Source: Candidatus Omnitrophota bacterium | GTDB lineage: Bacteria; Omnitrophota; Gorgyraeia; Gorgyraeales; Gorgyraeaceae | Direction: 5' to 3' | Length of the DNA: 64,000 nt | NCBI GenBank assembly: GCA_041653835.1 | Contig: JBAZEP010000003.1 | Location: 3,812-67,811 of the forward strand | Shown here: in pieces, positions 8,516-17,674 of the stretch | Layout: the number at the start of each line of letters is the position of its first letter | How positions within the stretch are numbered: position 1 is the stretch's first letter | Notes under the pieces: generated by a model | What the model saw: only the letters and a program-made list of their open reading frames with translations | What the model was told of the DNA's origin: nothing | The model's database searches: none | Program-made: the position numbers and the translations under genes

Positions 8516-10210
8516 ATGAAAAGTGATATCGAGATCGCCCGTGAAGTGAAATTAACGCCGATTGTAAAAATCGCCAAGAAAATAGGTATCCGCGAGGATG
8601 AACTGGAACTTCATGGTAAGTTTAAGGCAAAGGTGGAACTTTCTATTTTAAAGCGTACGAAGGATAGGCGTGACGGTAAATATATAGATGTCACCGCTAT
8701 AACACCTACGCCGCTTGGCGAAGGTAAGACCGTTACTACGATCGGTCTATCATTAGGATTAGCCAAAATAGGTAAAAAGGTTTCTACCTGTATAAGACAG
8801 CCGTCTTTGGGGCCTGTATTCGGTATAAAGGGCGGTGCTGCAGGCGGCGGACATTCCCAGGTGGTGCCAATGGAAGATTTTAATCTGCATTTGACAGGCG
8901 ATGTGCATGCCGTAGGCCTGGCGCATAATCTCTGCGCGGCATTCCTGGATAATTCTCTTTTCAGGGGAAATAAACTAAATATAGACCCTGCGGCTATACT
9001 CTGGAGAAGGGTGGTTGATGTGAGCGACAGGGCTTTACGCAATATTACTATAGGCCAGGGGTCCAAGGATGATGGTATCCCGCGCCAGACAGGTTTTGAT
9101 ATTACAGTGGCATCCGAAGTCATGGCGATCCTTGCACTTGCGAGCGACCTAAAGGATCTGCGTGAACGTTTAGGCAGGATAGTAGTGGCTTTTACCCGGG
9201 AGGGGAAGCCTGTTACTACCGAGGACCTGAAGGTAGCCGGGTCAATGGCAGTGCTTTTAAAGGATGCTATTAAGCCTACGCTAATGCAGACAACCGAACA
9301 CACTCCGTGTTTTGTGCACGCGGGCCCCTTCGCTAATATCGCGCATGGGAATAACTCTATTATCGCGGACAGGATCGCTCTTAAACTGAGCGATTATGTG
9401 GTTACTGAAAGCGGGTTCGGCGCTGATTGCGGGGCTGAGAAGGCATTTGATATTAAATGCCGTATCGGCGGCCTGGTGCCAAACGCAGTGGTAATTGTAT
9501 GTTCCATCAGGGCGCTAAAGATGCATAGCGGGAGGTTTAAGGTAGTGGCTGGAAAGCCTTTGAGTGAAGATCTATTAAAGGAAAATATAGAAGCGATCGA
9601 ACAGGGCGCGGTAAACCTGGAAAAACATATTGAGAATATAAGCTTATTCGGACTGCCTGCCGTAGTAGCGATAAATAAATTTACTACTGATACTGATAAA
9701 GAAATAGAAGCAGTGAAGAAAAAGGCCTTAGCCGCGGGCGCTAGTGACGCTGTAATAAGCGATGTGTGGCTAAGAGGCGGAGAGGGCGGAAAAGACCTTG
9801 CCAGGGCAGTAGTAAAGGCCGCGGAGAAGCCGTCTAATTTTAAATTCCTATATTCGCTGGATGAACCGATCACGCAAAAAATAGAAAAAATAGCCACGAA
9901 GATTTATGGCGCCGCAAAGGTTGAGTATCTGCCTGAGGCGGCAAAAAAGTTAGAACTTTATACTAAACTTGGCTATGATAAATTACCTATCTGTATGGCA
10001 AAGACGCATTTGTCTCTTTCCCATGACCCGCTTTTAAAAGGCAGGCCAACAGGATTTACCCTTCCTATCCGCGATATACGCGTGGCAGCCGGGGCAGGGT
10101 TTTTATATCCATTATGCGGTGAGATGCGCACCATGCCGGGGCTCCCCTCGGAACCCGCAGGAACACATATTGACTTAGATGAAAATGATAATGTCATGGG
10201 ATTATTTTGA
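8516..10210 (+). CDS. fhs: formate--tetrahydrofolate ligase
   Basis: TPTPLGEGKT, GIKGGAAGGG, HAGPFANIAHG and TMPGLP motifs. Confidence 0.97.
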   Translation: MKSDIEIAREVKLTPIVKIAKKIGIREDELELHGKFKAKVELSILKRTKDRRDGKYIDVTAITPTPLGEGKTVTTIGLSLGLAKIGKKVSTCIRQPSLGPVFGIKGGAAGGGHSQVVPMEDFNLHLTGDVHAVGLAHNLCAAFLDNSLFRGNKLNIDPAAILWRRVVDVSDRALRNITIGQGSKDDGIPRQTGFDITVASEVMAILALASDLKDLRERLGRIVVAFTREGKPVTTEDLKVAGSMAVLLKDAIKPTLMQTTEHTPCFVHAGPFANIAHGNNSIIADRIALKLSDYVVTESGFGADCGAEKAFDIKCRIGGLVPNAVVIVCSIRALKMHSGRFKVVAGKPLSEDLLKENIEAIEQGAVNLEKHIENISLFGLPAVVAINKFTTDTDKEIEAVKKKALAAGASDAVISDVWLRGGEGGKDLARAVVKAAEKPSNFKFLYSLDEPITQKIEKIATKIYGAAKVEYLPEAAKKLELYTKLGYDKLPICMAKTHLSLSHDPLLKGRPTGFTLPIRDIRVAAGAGFLYPLCGEMRTMPGLPSEPAGTHIDLDENDNVMGLF

Positions 10211-10303
10211 TACAAGAGTTGGCTGAGAAATATTCCTTGTGGTATAGGAAGTTGGGCTGTTTTTTCCATTGTTTTAACCCGTCATAAGGTTATAATATAT
10301 CTA

Positions 10304-11317
10304 ATGGTTAAGACTAAAATAATCTGCACTATCGGCCCTTCAAGCCGGAATTATCCTGTCCTGAGAAAAATGATGCTTAGCGGCATGGACGTTTCAAGGC
10401 TTAATTTTTCCCACGGGTCTCTCGCGGAGCATAAAAAATATCTGGATACGATAAATATCCTGAATAAGAAATATTCCAGGCATATAAGGATCCTCGGCGA
10501 CCTGGAAGGTTACAGGATAAGGATAGGAAAGCTTAAAAAAGAGCTCCCCCTGAGGAAAAAACAAACGCTTCTATTGACCAATGATCCGGACGCCCGGGCG
10601 CGGGAAGCGATACCATTTGATTATAAAGGGCCGCTGGGCGATATAAAGAAAGGTTGTTTCATATATATCGACGACGGTAATATAGCGCTTAAGGTCACTT
10701 CCGTTACTAAACAATACCTGGTAACGGAAGTAACGGCGCCCGGCATACTCAAAGAACACAAGGGCATGAATATACCTGATATCAGGCTTAAGTTCAGGGG
10801 CTTGACTGATAAAGACAGGCTGGGTATAAAATTCAGCGTGGAAAATAAAATAGATTATATTGCCCAGTCATTCGTGAGGTCTAAACAGGATATCCTTTGT
10901 TTCAGGGATATGGTTAAAGACGCCCTTCCCGGATGTAAGATTATCGCCAAGATAGAAAACCGGCAGGGCATCAGGAATATAGACGAGATAATGGCGGTTT
11001 GCGACGGGATAATGGTGGCCAGGGGAGATATGGGCGTGTCACTGCCTATCTACGAGATAGCCATAATACAGAAGATGATAATCAGGAAATGCAACGCCAT
11101 GAAAAAATTCGTTATTACCGCTACCCAGATGCTCGAGAGCATGACCGAGAACCCGAGGCCTACGCGCGCTGAGGTCACGGATGTCTCGAACGCTATATTC
11201 GACGGTTCTGATTTCCTGATGCTTTCAGGAGAGACCGCGGCGGGGAAATATCCTGTTGAGTCTGTGGATATGATGAATAAGATCATTAAATTTACCGAAA
11301 GCCACATAAATGATTAA
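10304..11317 (+). CDS. pyk: pyruvate kinase (short; lacks C-terminal domain)
   Basis: [33 protein letters not shown] and LSGETA motifs. Confidence 0.93.
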   Translation: MVKTKIICTIGPSSRNYPVLRKMMLSGMDVSRLNFSHGSLAEHKKYLDTINILNKKYSRHIRILGDLEGYRIRIGKLKKELPLRKKQTLLLTNDPDARAREAIPFDYKGPLGDIKKGCFIYIDDGNIALKVTSVTKQYLVTEVTAPGILKEHKGMNIPDIRLKFRGLTDKDRLGIKFSVENKIDYIAQSFVRSKQDILCFRDMVKDALPGCKIIAKIENRQGIRNIDEIMAVCDGIMVARGDMGVSLPIYEIAIIQKMIIRKCNAMKKFVITATQMLESMTENPRPTRAEVTDVSNAIFDGSDFLMLSGETAAGKYPVESVDMMNKIIKFTESHIND

Positions 11318-12353
11318 AAATACGCCGAAAGAATATGAGATAGGGGATAAAGCGGCGGATGACCTGATAAGCGGACTTGCCGCGAGATCAGGTTCCCTTG
11401 ATACAGAGTCTTTACTGCGCGAGATACTTACGACAGCTGTCAAGCTGGGCATGGAATCCGGGGACAGGGGAGACCTTAAACTTGTAAATAACGCGCTGAA
11501 AGAACTGCGGTATTCTTTCAAGATATTCTCCCCTTACAGGAATGTCAAAAAAGTGATAATCTTCGGTTCCGCCCGGTCGAAACCCGGCTCCGGCGAATAT
11601 AAAATGGCGGAGGAATTTTCCAGGAAAATGGCGGGAAAAGGGTATATGATCGTGACAGGCGGCGGCCCGGGAGTGATGGAAGCGGGCAATAAAGGCGCCG
11701 ACGGAAAAGATTTCGCGCTCAATATCCGCCTTCCCCACGAGCAAAAGCCCAACCCGTATATAAACGAGAAAAACAGGATAATTAATTTTAAATATTTTTT
11801 CACCAGGAAGTTGATTTTTATAAAAGAGACGGACGCGACCGCGCTTTTCCCGGGCGGATTTGGCACTAATGATGAGGGATTCGAGGCGCTTACCCTGATC
11901 CAGACCGGTAAATCCAGGCCGAGGCCTGTAGTCTTGATGGAACCGAAAGGCTCAAGCTACTGGGCTGATTGGAAAAAATTCCTGGATAAACAGATGGTCG
12001 GGAACGGTTACATAAAAAAAGAAGATTGCGATCTTTTTTATATCGCGAAAAGTCCCGGCGAAGCGATCAGGTATATAGAAAATTTTTACAGGGTTTATCA
12101 CTCGATAAGGTATGTCTCGGGCACGACCGTATTAAGGCTGAACAGGAATATCTCCGGAAAAACATTGGATCTTATAAACCAGGAATTCAAAGATATCCTC
12201 GCGAGCGGCAGGATAACGCTTTCGCCTCCCCTGAAAGAGGAGGCCCAGAAAAAAGAATATCTCGATCTCCCCCGTCTTGTCATGGACTTTAATCTCCGGG
12301 ACTATGGCAGGCTCTGCAAATTGATCCGCGCCATAAACGAAGATCCCTCGTAG
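11310..12353 (+). CDS. LOG family (TIGR00730-like) nucleotide phosphoribohydrolase, long form
   Basis: [24 protein letters not shown] and PGGFGT motifs. Confidence 0.88.
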   Translation: MIKNTPKEYEIGDKAADDLISGLAARSGSLDTESLLREILTTAVKLGMESGDRGDLKLVNNALKELRYSFKIFSPYRNVKKVIIFGSARSKPGSGEYKMAEEFSRKMAGKGYMIVTGGGPGVMEAGNKGADGKDFALNIRLPHEQKPNPYINEKNRIINFKYFFTRKLIFIKETDATALFPGGFGTNDEGFEALTLIQTGKSRPRPVVLMEPKGSSYWADWKKFLDKQMVGNGYIKKEDCDLFYIAKSPGEAIRYIENFYRVYHSIRYVSGTTVLRLNRNISGKTLDLINQEFKDILASGRITLSPPLKEEAQKKEYLDLPRLVMDFNLRDYGRLCKLIRAINEDPS

Positions 12354-12436
12354 TAGAGAAAAGTCAGAAAAAAACAGAATAACTCCATTCACAGGTTATC
12401 AGCCTTGTGCAATAATGTGTAAAAAAGGGGGTTTAC

Positions 12437-12874
12437 ATGTTTACTAAAATATTTGTATTAGCGTGCGCGGTTACGTTATTGTGCGCGGGTACCGGGCTCT
12501 GCGGTGTTTATTCGGATATCGCGGATGAGGTTGAAGCGAAAAACGGGGTAAAAGAAATAACTTATGACCAGTTCATGGACATAAGGGATTCCGGGGAAGA
12601 TTATAAGCTTCTCGATGTGCTTGCCGGGGAAAGTTACAATGAAGGGCACATAGAAGGCTCGCTGTCATTTCCCCTTGATGAAATAGATGAGGCAACAGCC
12701 GCGGAACGCTTATCCATGGACGATAATATAATAGTGTACTGCGGCAGTTTCCAGTGCACAGCTTCTACCGCTGCCGCCCAAAAATTATCCGAATTGGGCT
12801 ATAACGTGCTTGATTATAAAGGCGGGCTCCAGGAATGGCAGGAAAAAGGCAATGAACTTATTTCCGGGATGTAA
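12437..12874 (+). CDS. exported rhodanese-like protein
   Basis: Signal peptide; LLDV...GHIEG, VYCGSFQC and YKGGLQEW. Confidence 0.85.
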   Translation: MFTKIFVLACAVTLLCAGTGLCGVYSDIADEVEAKNGVKEITYDQFMDIRDSGEDYKLLDVLAGESYNEGHIEGSLSFPLDEIDEATAAERLSMDDNIIVYCGSFQCTASTAAAQKLSELGYNVLDYKGGLQEWQEKGNELISGM

Positions 12875-12903
12875 ACTTAGCTTATATTGACAAAGCAGGA
12901 AGC

Positions 12904-13050
12904 ATGGTATTGATCAATAAAAGTATAGGCACGGATGAAAAACTTGATATATTGTCGCGTGATTCCAGGTATGACCTTGCCTGCGCCTGCGCAACGCGCA
13001 ATGGATCCCAAAGAGGCATGGGCAAAGCCGCCCCATATCTTGTATTTTAG
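12904..13050 (+). pseudogene. N-terminal remnant of a putative DNA modification/repair radical SAM protein
   Basis: Unlisted 48-aa ORF MVLINKSIGTDEKLDILSRDSRYDLACAC..., resembling the family's N-terminus (KLxIL...YDxxC). Stops before any CxxxCxxC motif. TTGACA and AGGA upstream. Confidence 0.55.
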
Positions 13051-13086
13051 CTATGTTATTTTTATGGAAAATGGTATGATGAAAGC

Positions 13087-13899
13087 ATGAAGTATTTATT
13101 TTCTCAATTGGACAAGTTAAAAGATGTATTGGAAAAGAGGCCTGTTTTTCTCTTCCTGGACTATGACGGTACATTGGTGCCTATAGCCCAGCGGCCGGAT
13201 AAAGCGGTTATTTCCGGGAACGCGCTGAAGGCGCTCTCGGGTTTGGCGAAAAATCCGGATTGCAGGGTGGCTGTCATAAGCGGGAGGTCTTTGAAAAATA
13301 TAAAGGATATGGTAAACTTAAAAGACATAAGCTATGCCGGTAACCACGGCCTGGAAATAGAGGGCGCGGGCATTAAGTTCAAGACGCCTGTTTTGCCGGG
13401 ATATAAACTTGCGCTCAGAAAGCTCAAAACCATCCTGAAAAAAAAATTGTCTGTTATCAGGGGGGCTATTGTAGAAGATAAGGGCCTGACATTAAGCGTC
13501 CATTATCGTCTTGTTGAAGCTAAAAAAATACCTGCCCTGAAAACCATTTTTTATAAGACAGCGGAGCGTTACGGCGTTCCCGCGGGAATAAAGATAACGA
13601 CGGGTAAAAAGGTGCTGGAGATAAGGCCTGATTTGAAGCAGGACAAAGGCAGGATCGTCCTGTGGCTGTTATCGAAGGTGAAAACCAGAGCGGGTAAAAA
13701 GCCAAGCCTGCCTGTTTATATAGGAGATGACGTTACGGATGAGGACGCGTTCAGGGCGCTGAGAGGCAGGGGGCTGACGGTGTTCGTCGGGAAACCCGGA
13801 AGGTCTTCGGCGGAATATTTCGTCAGGGGCACAGGAGAAGTGATAGATTTTTTAAAAGAGGTTTTGAAGATAAAGAACGGGGCTGTATGCAGGAATTGA
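13087..13899 (+). CDS. otsB: trehalose-6-phosphate phosphatase (HAD)
   Basis: FLDYDGTL, ISGR, GNHGLE and IGDDVTDEDAF motifs. Confidence 0.92.
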   Translation: MKYLFSQLDKLKDVLEKRPVFLFLDYDGTLVPIAQRPDKAVISGNALKALSGLAKNPDCRVAVISGRSLKNIKDMVNLKDISYAGNHGLEIEGAGIKFKTPVLPGYKLALRKLKTILKKKLSVIRGAIVEDKGLTLSVHYRLVEAKKIPALKTIFYKTAERYGVPAGIKITTGKKVLEIRPDLKQDKGRIVLWLLSKVKTRAGKKPSLPVYIGDDVTDEDAFRALRGRGLTVFVGKPGRSSAEYFVRGTGEVIDFLKEVLKIKNGAVCRN

Positions 13900-14561
13900 C
13901 CAAAGCCAAAGAACCTTTCAAGTTTTTCACAAGGCTGCATCTCTCGGAATTGACCGGCCTTAGGGCGTCGAATCTCAGCCAGTTGTCGAAAATACTCAAA
14001 GATATTTCCGGCTCGTCTATATATCACCACACGCACAGGTTTTTACAACAGCACCAGTACCTTTCCCCTGAGCCCCCCAATGATTTTGCCTATTGGGTAA
14101 GTAATGTCCTGGGCGAGAATGAACTGGGCGAAAGGCTGGCCAGCATAGATACCGTCCGGTTTTCCACTATCCGCGGTATCAGGGACAAGATTACCTCCAC
14201 CATAGATGGTTATCTTAGAAAGAATCCATTGGCCAGGTTAAGGTTCGCCGGCGAAGGCGGCGAGTTCCATTTTATAAAATCCGTAAGTTTTATTTTACCT
14301 ACCGAACATATAGCGTATGACCTGAGAGAGTTCAGTATTATCATGAGCAAGGTAACGATAGATTCCATATATTTTCACATATTCGAGGCGCGTTTGAGGC
14401 TTGAGAAAAAAACAAATGATTTTTCAGCCTGGATAGAGACATCCATCGGGGACAAGGAACTCGCGGACAGGATCTCGAGGCTGGACCCCTATACACATAC
14501 ACTCGAGGAATTAAGAAGGACTATCATCCAGATAGTGGGACAGAGATTAAAGGGCGGATAA
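13887..14561 (+). CDS. DUF5752-like protein that accompanies TreT-type glycosyltransferases
   Basis: Duplicated SIY.H...NDF..W motif; adjacent to a GT4 gene. Confidence 0.75.
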   Translation: MQELTKAKEPFKFFTRLHLSELTGLRASNLSQLSKILKDISGSSIYHHTHRFLQQHQYLSPEPPNDFAYWVSNVLGENELGERLASIDTVRFSTIRGIRDKITSTIDGYLRKNPLARLRFAGEGGEFHFIKSVSFILPTEHIAYDLREFSIIMSKVTIDSIYFHIFEARLRLEKKTNDFSAWIETSIGDKELADRISRLDPYTHTLEELRRTIIQIVGQRLKGG

Positions 14562-15778
14562 TGGGCAGTATAAGCATAAAAGATTATATACCTATAGCAG
14601 GGAAATCCACCATAGATGATTTGTTTTTGCTGGCGGAAAGGCTTAAAGGAAAGGTTATCCAGCATGTCAATTCTACCGCGGTCGGAGGCGGGGTCGCCGA
14701 GATACTCAGCCGCATGACGCCCCTGCTTAAGCAGTTGGGCGTGGACAACAAATGGGATGTCATAAAGGGCGGCGCCAGGTTTTTTGAGGTGACAAAGAAA
14801 TTCCATAACGCTTTGCATGGAAAACGCGAACAGATAACCCGGAACGATTTCGATATATTCGTGGAAACCAGCCGGGAAAATATAAAGGCGCTGGATACGT
14901 ACGGCGACATAGTGTTCGTGCACGACCCCCAGCCCATAGCGCTGGTAAAGAAGAGAGCCGGGAATAAATGGCTCTGGCGCTGCCATGTCGATGTGTCCGA
15001 TCCTGATAGGCGGGTATGGAGATTCCTGGAAAGTTTTATAACAGATTATGACGCCGCGGTATTTTCCGCGCCCAACTTTTCGCAGAAGCTGTCCATAAGG
15101 CAGTTCCTGATATCACCGTCCATAGACCCCCTGAGCGATAAGAACAAAGAACTGCCGCAGGAGGTAGTAGATTCGGTGCTTGAAAAATACGGCATCAAAA
15201 AGGATAAGCCGATAATCACGCAGATATCCCGCTTTGACCGCTTGAAGGACCCTATCGGGGTTATCGAGGCGTACAAGGGCGTAAAAAAATATATAGACTG
15301 CATGCTTATACTGGCCGGGGGAGGCGCGTCGGATGATCCAGAGGGCGTGCAGGTACTGGAAGAGGTTATGGAGCGCTCGAAGGACGATAAAGATATCCAT
15401 GTATTATTATTGCCGCAGGATGATATAATCATCAACGCGCTGCAGCGCGCCTCCGACGTGATAATACAAAAATCTCTGAAAGAAGGCTTCGGCCTTACCG
15501 TATCGGAGGCGTTATGGAAAGCCAAACCGGTAGTGGCGTCAAATGTGGGAGGCATCCCCCTCCAGGTAAAACATAAATATTCCGGCTTATTGTGCCATTC
15601 AATAGACGGCGCGGGATTTGCCATCAAACAATTGCTGGCGAACCCGGCATACGCTAAAAAATTAGGAGAGAACGGCAGGGAGCATATAAGGAACAACTTT
15701 TTGATCACACGCCATATCAGGGAATACATGTTATTATTCCTTTCGTTATATCACGGTGAGGATGTGGTATATTTATAA
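14561..15778 (+). CDS. TreT-like trehalose synthase (GT4)
   Basis: NSTAVGGGVAEIL, HDPQP, WRCHVD, SRFDRLKD and EGFGLTVSEA motifs. Confidence 0.88.
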   Translation: MGSISIKDYIPIAGKSTIDDLFLLAERLKGKVIQHVNSTAVGGGVAEILSRMTPLLKQLGVDNKWDVIKGGARFFEVTKKFHNALHGKREQITRNDFDIFVETSRENIKALDTYGDIVFVHDPQPIALVKKRAGNKWLWRCHVDVSDPDRRVWRFLESFITDYDAAVFSAPNFSQKLSIRQFLISPSIDPLSDKNKELPQEVVDSVLEKYGIKKDKPIITQISRFDRLKDPIGVIEAYKGVKKYIDCMLILAGGGASDDPEGVQVLEEVMERSKDDKDIHVLLLPQDDIIINALQRASDVIIQKSLKEGFGLTVSEALWKAKPVVASNVGGIPLQVKHKYSGLLCHSIDGAGFAIKQLLANPAYAKKLGENGREHIRNNFLITRHIREYMLLFLSLYHGEDVVYL

Positions 15779-15796
15779 ACAAAAGGAGAGGCGCGT

Positions 15797-16483
15797 ATGA
15801 AAATTTTAATTTTTGTCATAATAGCTGTCCTGGTAGTAATCGCATTCAATATGTTTACGCATGCTCAGCCGGTAAAGACAGCTGAAAAAGCGCCGATACC
15901 TTCCGCATCCCGTATCCAGACAAAAGATTTTTCCGGATTGCTCGGGATGAGCGGATTCAGCGACACGCTTCTCGGCGATCATTTCAAGCTTTACCAGGGC
16001 TATATAAAGAACACCAACGCTATTTTTGAAAAACTCGATATCCTGTCCAGCGAAGGGAAGGACCGTACCCCTGAATACGCGGAGTTAAAACGCAGGCTCG
16101 GATGGGAATTCAACGGCGCGCTCCTGCACGAATATTATTTCGAGAACCTCGGAGGTAAAGAACCTCTTGACCCTGGAAGCGCCTTCTATAGGAAAATCGC
16201 CGCGGATTTCAAGAGTTTCGACGACTGGAAAAAGGATTTTATTTCCACGGGTATGATGCGCGGTATCGGCTGGGTCGTGCTTTACCTGGAACCTAAAACA
16301 GGGAAGCTCGTGAATTCCTGGATAAATGAGCATGATACGGCGCATATCGCCGGAGCGACGCCACTCTTGGTAATGGACGTATTCGAGCACGCGTATATGA
16401 CAGACTATCAGCTTGACAGAGAAAAATATATCGACAGCTTTTTCAGGAATATAAACTGGAAAACCGTTTCAGCGCGTTTCTAA
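15797..16483 (+). CDS. Fe/Mn superoxide dismutase with signal peptide
   Basis: HFKLYQGY, FNGALLHEYYF and DVFEHAY ligand motifs; hydrophobic N-terminus. Confidence 0.88.
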   Translation: MKILIFVIIAVLVVIAFNMFTHAQPVKTAEKAPIPSASRIQTKDFSGLLGMSGFSDTLLGDHFKLYQGYIKNTNAIFEKLDILSSEGKDRTPEYAELKRRLGWEFNGALLHEYYFENLGGKEPLDPGSAFYRKIAADFKSFDDWKKDFISTGMMRGIGWVVLYLEPKTGKLVNSWINEHDTAHIAGATPLLVMDVFEHAYMTDYQLDREKYIDSFFRNINWKTVSARF

Positions 16484-16521
16484 GTTGACAATCGCGCTTT
16501 AAAATGATTTAATAAGATAAA

Positions 16522-16620
16522 TAACGGGGAGGCCGCTGGATCGCGGCCTGAGAGTTCCGTGGAGCGAACGGATTACCCTTTGAACCTGAACTGGATAATG
16601 CCAGCGTAGGGAAAGATGTT
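16522..16620 (+). ncRNA. TPP riboswitch
   Basis: GGGG...CTGAGA...ACCCTTTGAACCTGA.CTGGATAATGCCAGCGTAGGGAA; promoter TTGACA at 16485; upstream of a thiamine gene. Confidence 0.93.
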
Positions 16621-16630
16621 AATTGTTCCG

Positions 16631-16664
16631 GCCCTTACGCGTTGTGTGTAAGGGTTATTTTTTT
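16631..16664 (+). terminator. TPP riboswitch terminator
   Basis: GCCCTTACGC / GTGTAAGGGT stem plus a T-run. Confidence 0.75.
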
Positions 16665-16684
16665 ATACTGGAAAGGGGGCGCAA

Positions 16685-17458
16685 ATGCAATTGGATGAGA
16701 TCAAGATATCTAAAGCCATTATCGAATCCTACAGCAAAAAATTAATAGATTCGCTGGATGTCGATGTGGCGATCGTAGGGGCGGGGCCCGCGGGCATGGT
16801 ATGCGGTTATTATCTCGCGGCGGCAGGGAAAAAAGTGGCGCTTTTCGAGAGGAAACTTTCGGTCGGGGGCGGGATGTGGGGCGGCGGTATAATGTTCAAC
16901 GAGATAGTGGTCCAGGACAAAGCTAAAGCTATTTTGGACGAGTTCGATATCAGGTACAGGCCTTATGAAGAAGGTTATTACCTCGCGGATTCAGTGGAGT
17001 CGGTTTCCACTATCTGCTCTAAGGCAATGAAAGCCGGGTTGAAAATATTTAACCTTGTGAGCGTCGAGGACGTGATGGTGCGCGATAAAAGAGTGACGGG
17101 GCTGGTGCTGAACTGGACCGCGGTCGAGATGGCGCATCTGCATGTGGACCCTGTTACCATGCGCGCCAAATTTGTGGTGGACGCCACAGGCCACCCCGCT
17201 GAAGTGGCGCGGATAGTCGAGAGAAAATCCGGCATCCCCCTTAATACGAAGACAGGCAAGACCATGGGCGAGGAATCCATGTGGGCGGAAGTAGGGGAAG
17301 ATACCATCGTGGATAATTCGAAAGAGATCTGCCCGGGCATGTATGCCTGCGGCATGTGCGCCAACGCGGTATTCGGCGGCCCGCGCATGGGCCCGGTGTT
17401 CGGCGGCATGCTTCTCGCCGGAAAAAAAGTGGCGCGGGACCTGATTAAAAAACTTTAG
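16685..17458 (+). CDS. thi4: sulfide-dependent thiazole synthase (Thi4 family)
   Basis: [23 protein letters not shown] and [10 protein letters not shown] motifs; under a TPP riboswitch. Confidence 0.93.
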   Translation: MQLDEIKISKAIIESYSKKLIDSLDVDVAIVGAGPAGMVCGYYLAAAGKKVALFERKLSVGGGMWGGGIMFNEIVVQDKAKAILDEFDIRYRPYEEGYYLADSVESVSTICSKAMKAGLKIFNLVSVEDVMVRDKRVTGLVLNWTAVEMAHLHVDPVTMRAKFVVDATGHPAEVARIVERKSGIPLNTKTGKTMGEESMWAEVGEDTIVDNSKEICPGMYACGMCANAVFGGPRMGPVFGGMLLAGKKVARDLIKKL

Positions 17459-17527
17459 GTTTACAAATCCTTTTAACGTGGTATAATAAAACAACTAGTA
17501 AAAAGGACTAAAAAGTCAGGAGTTATC

Positions 17528-17674
17528 ATCAAGAAAATAAGGACATCTGCCAAAGGCAGAAAATGTAAGTACCTGCATTGCAAGCATACCCTGAGTATCT
17601 ACAATCACGAAGACTATTGCCATGTTCACCAAGGGCTATTAGTGCAGGAATGCGCTTGCAGAGGCTCTAAATGA
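17528..17674 (+). CDS. unlisted 48-aa Cys/His-rich (Zn-finger-like) protein with apparent ATC start
   Basis: IKKIRTSAKGRKCKYLHCKHTLSIYNHEDYCHVHQ...; promoter TTTACA/TATAAT (17460-17487); AGGAG 5 nt before the ATC; stop overlaps the helicase ATG (ATGA). Confidence 0.55.
   Translation: MKKIRTSAKGRKCKYLHCKHTLSIYNHEDYCHVHQGLLVQECACRGSK

Noticed and set aside
8611-9897. Long antisense ORFs inside fhs (similar ones inside treT, the NCS2 permease, ptsI, metK/ahcY and the CNNM gene)
   Set aside because: Shadow frames of well-supported genes on the opposite strand; no protein motifs.
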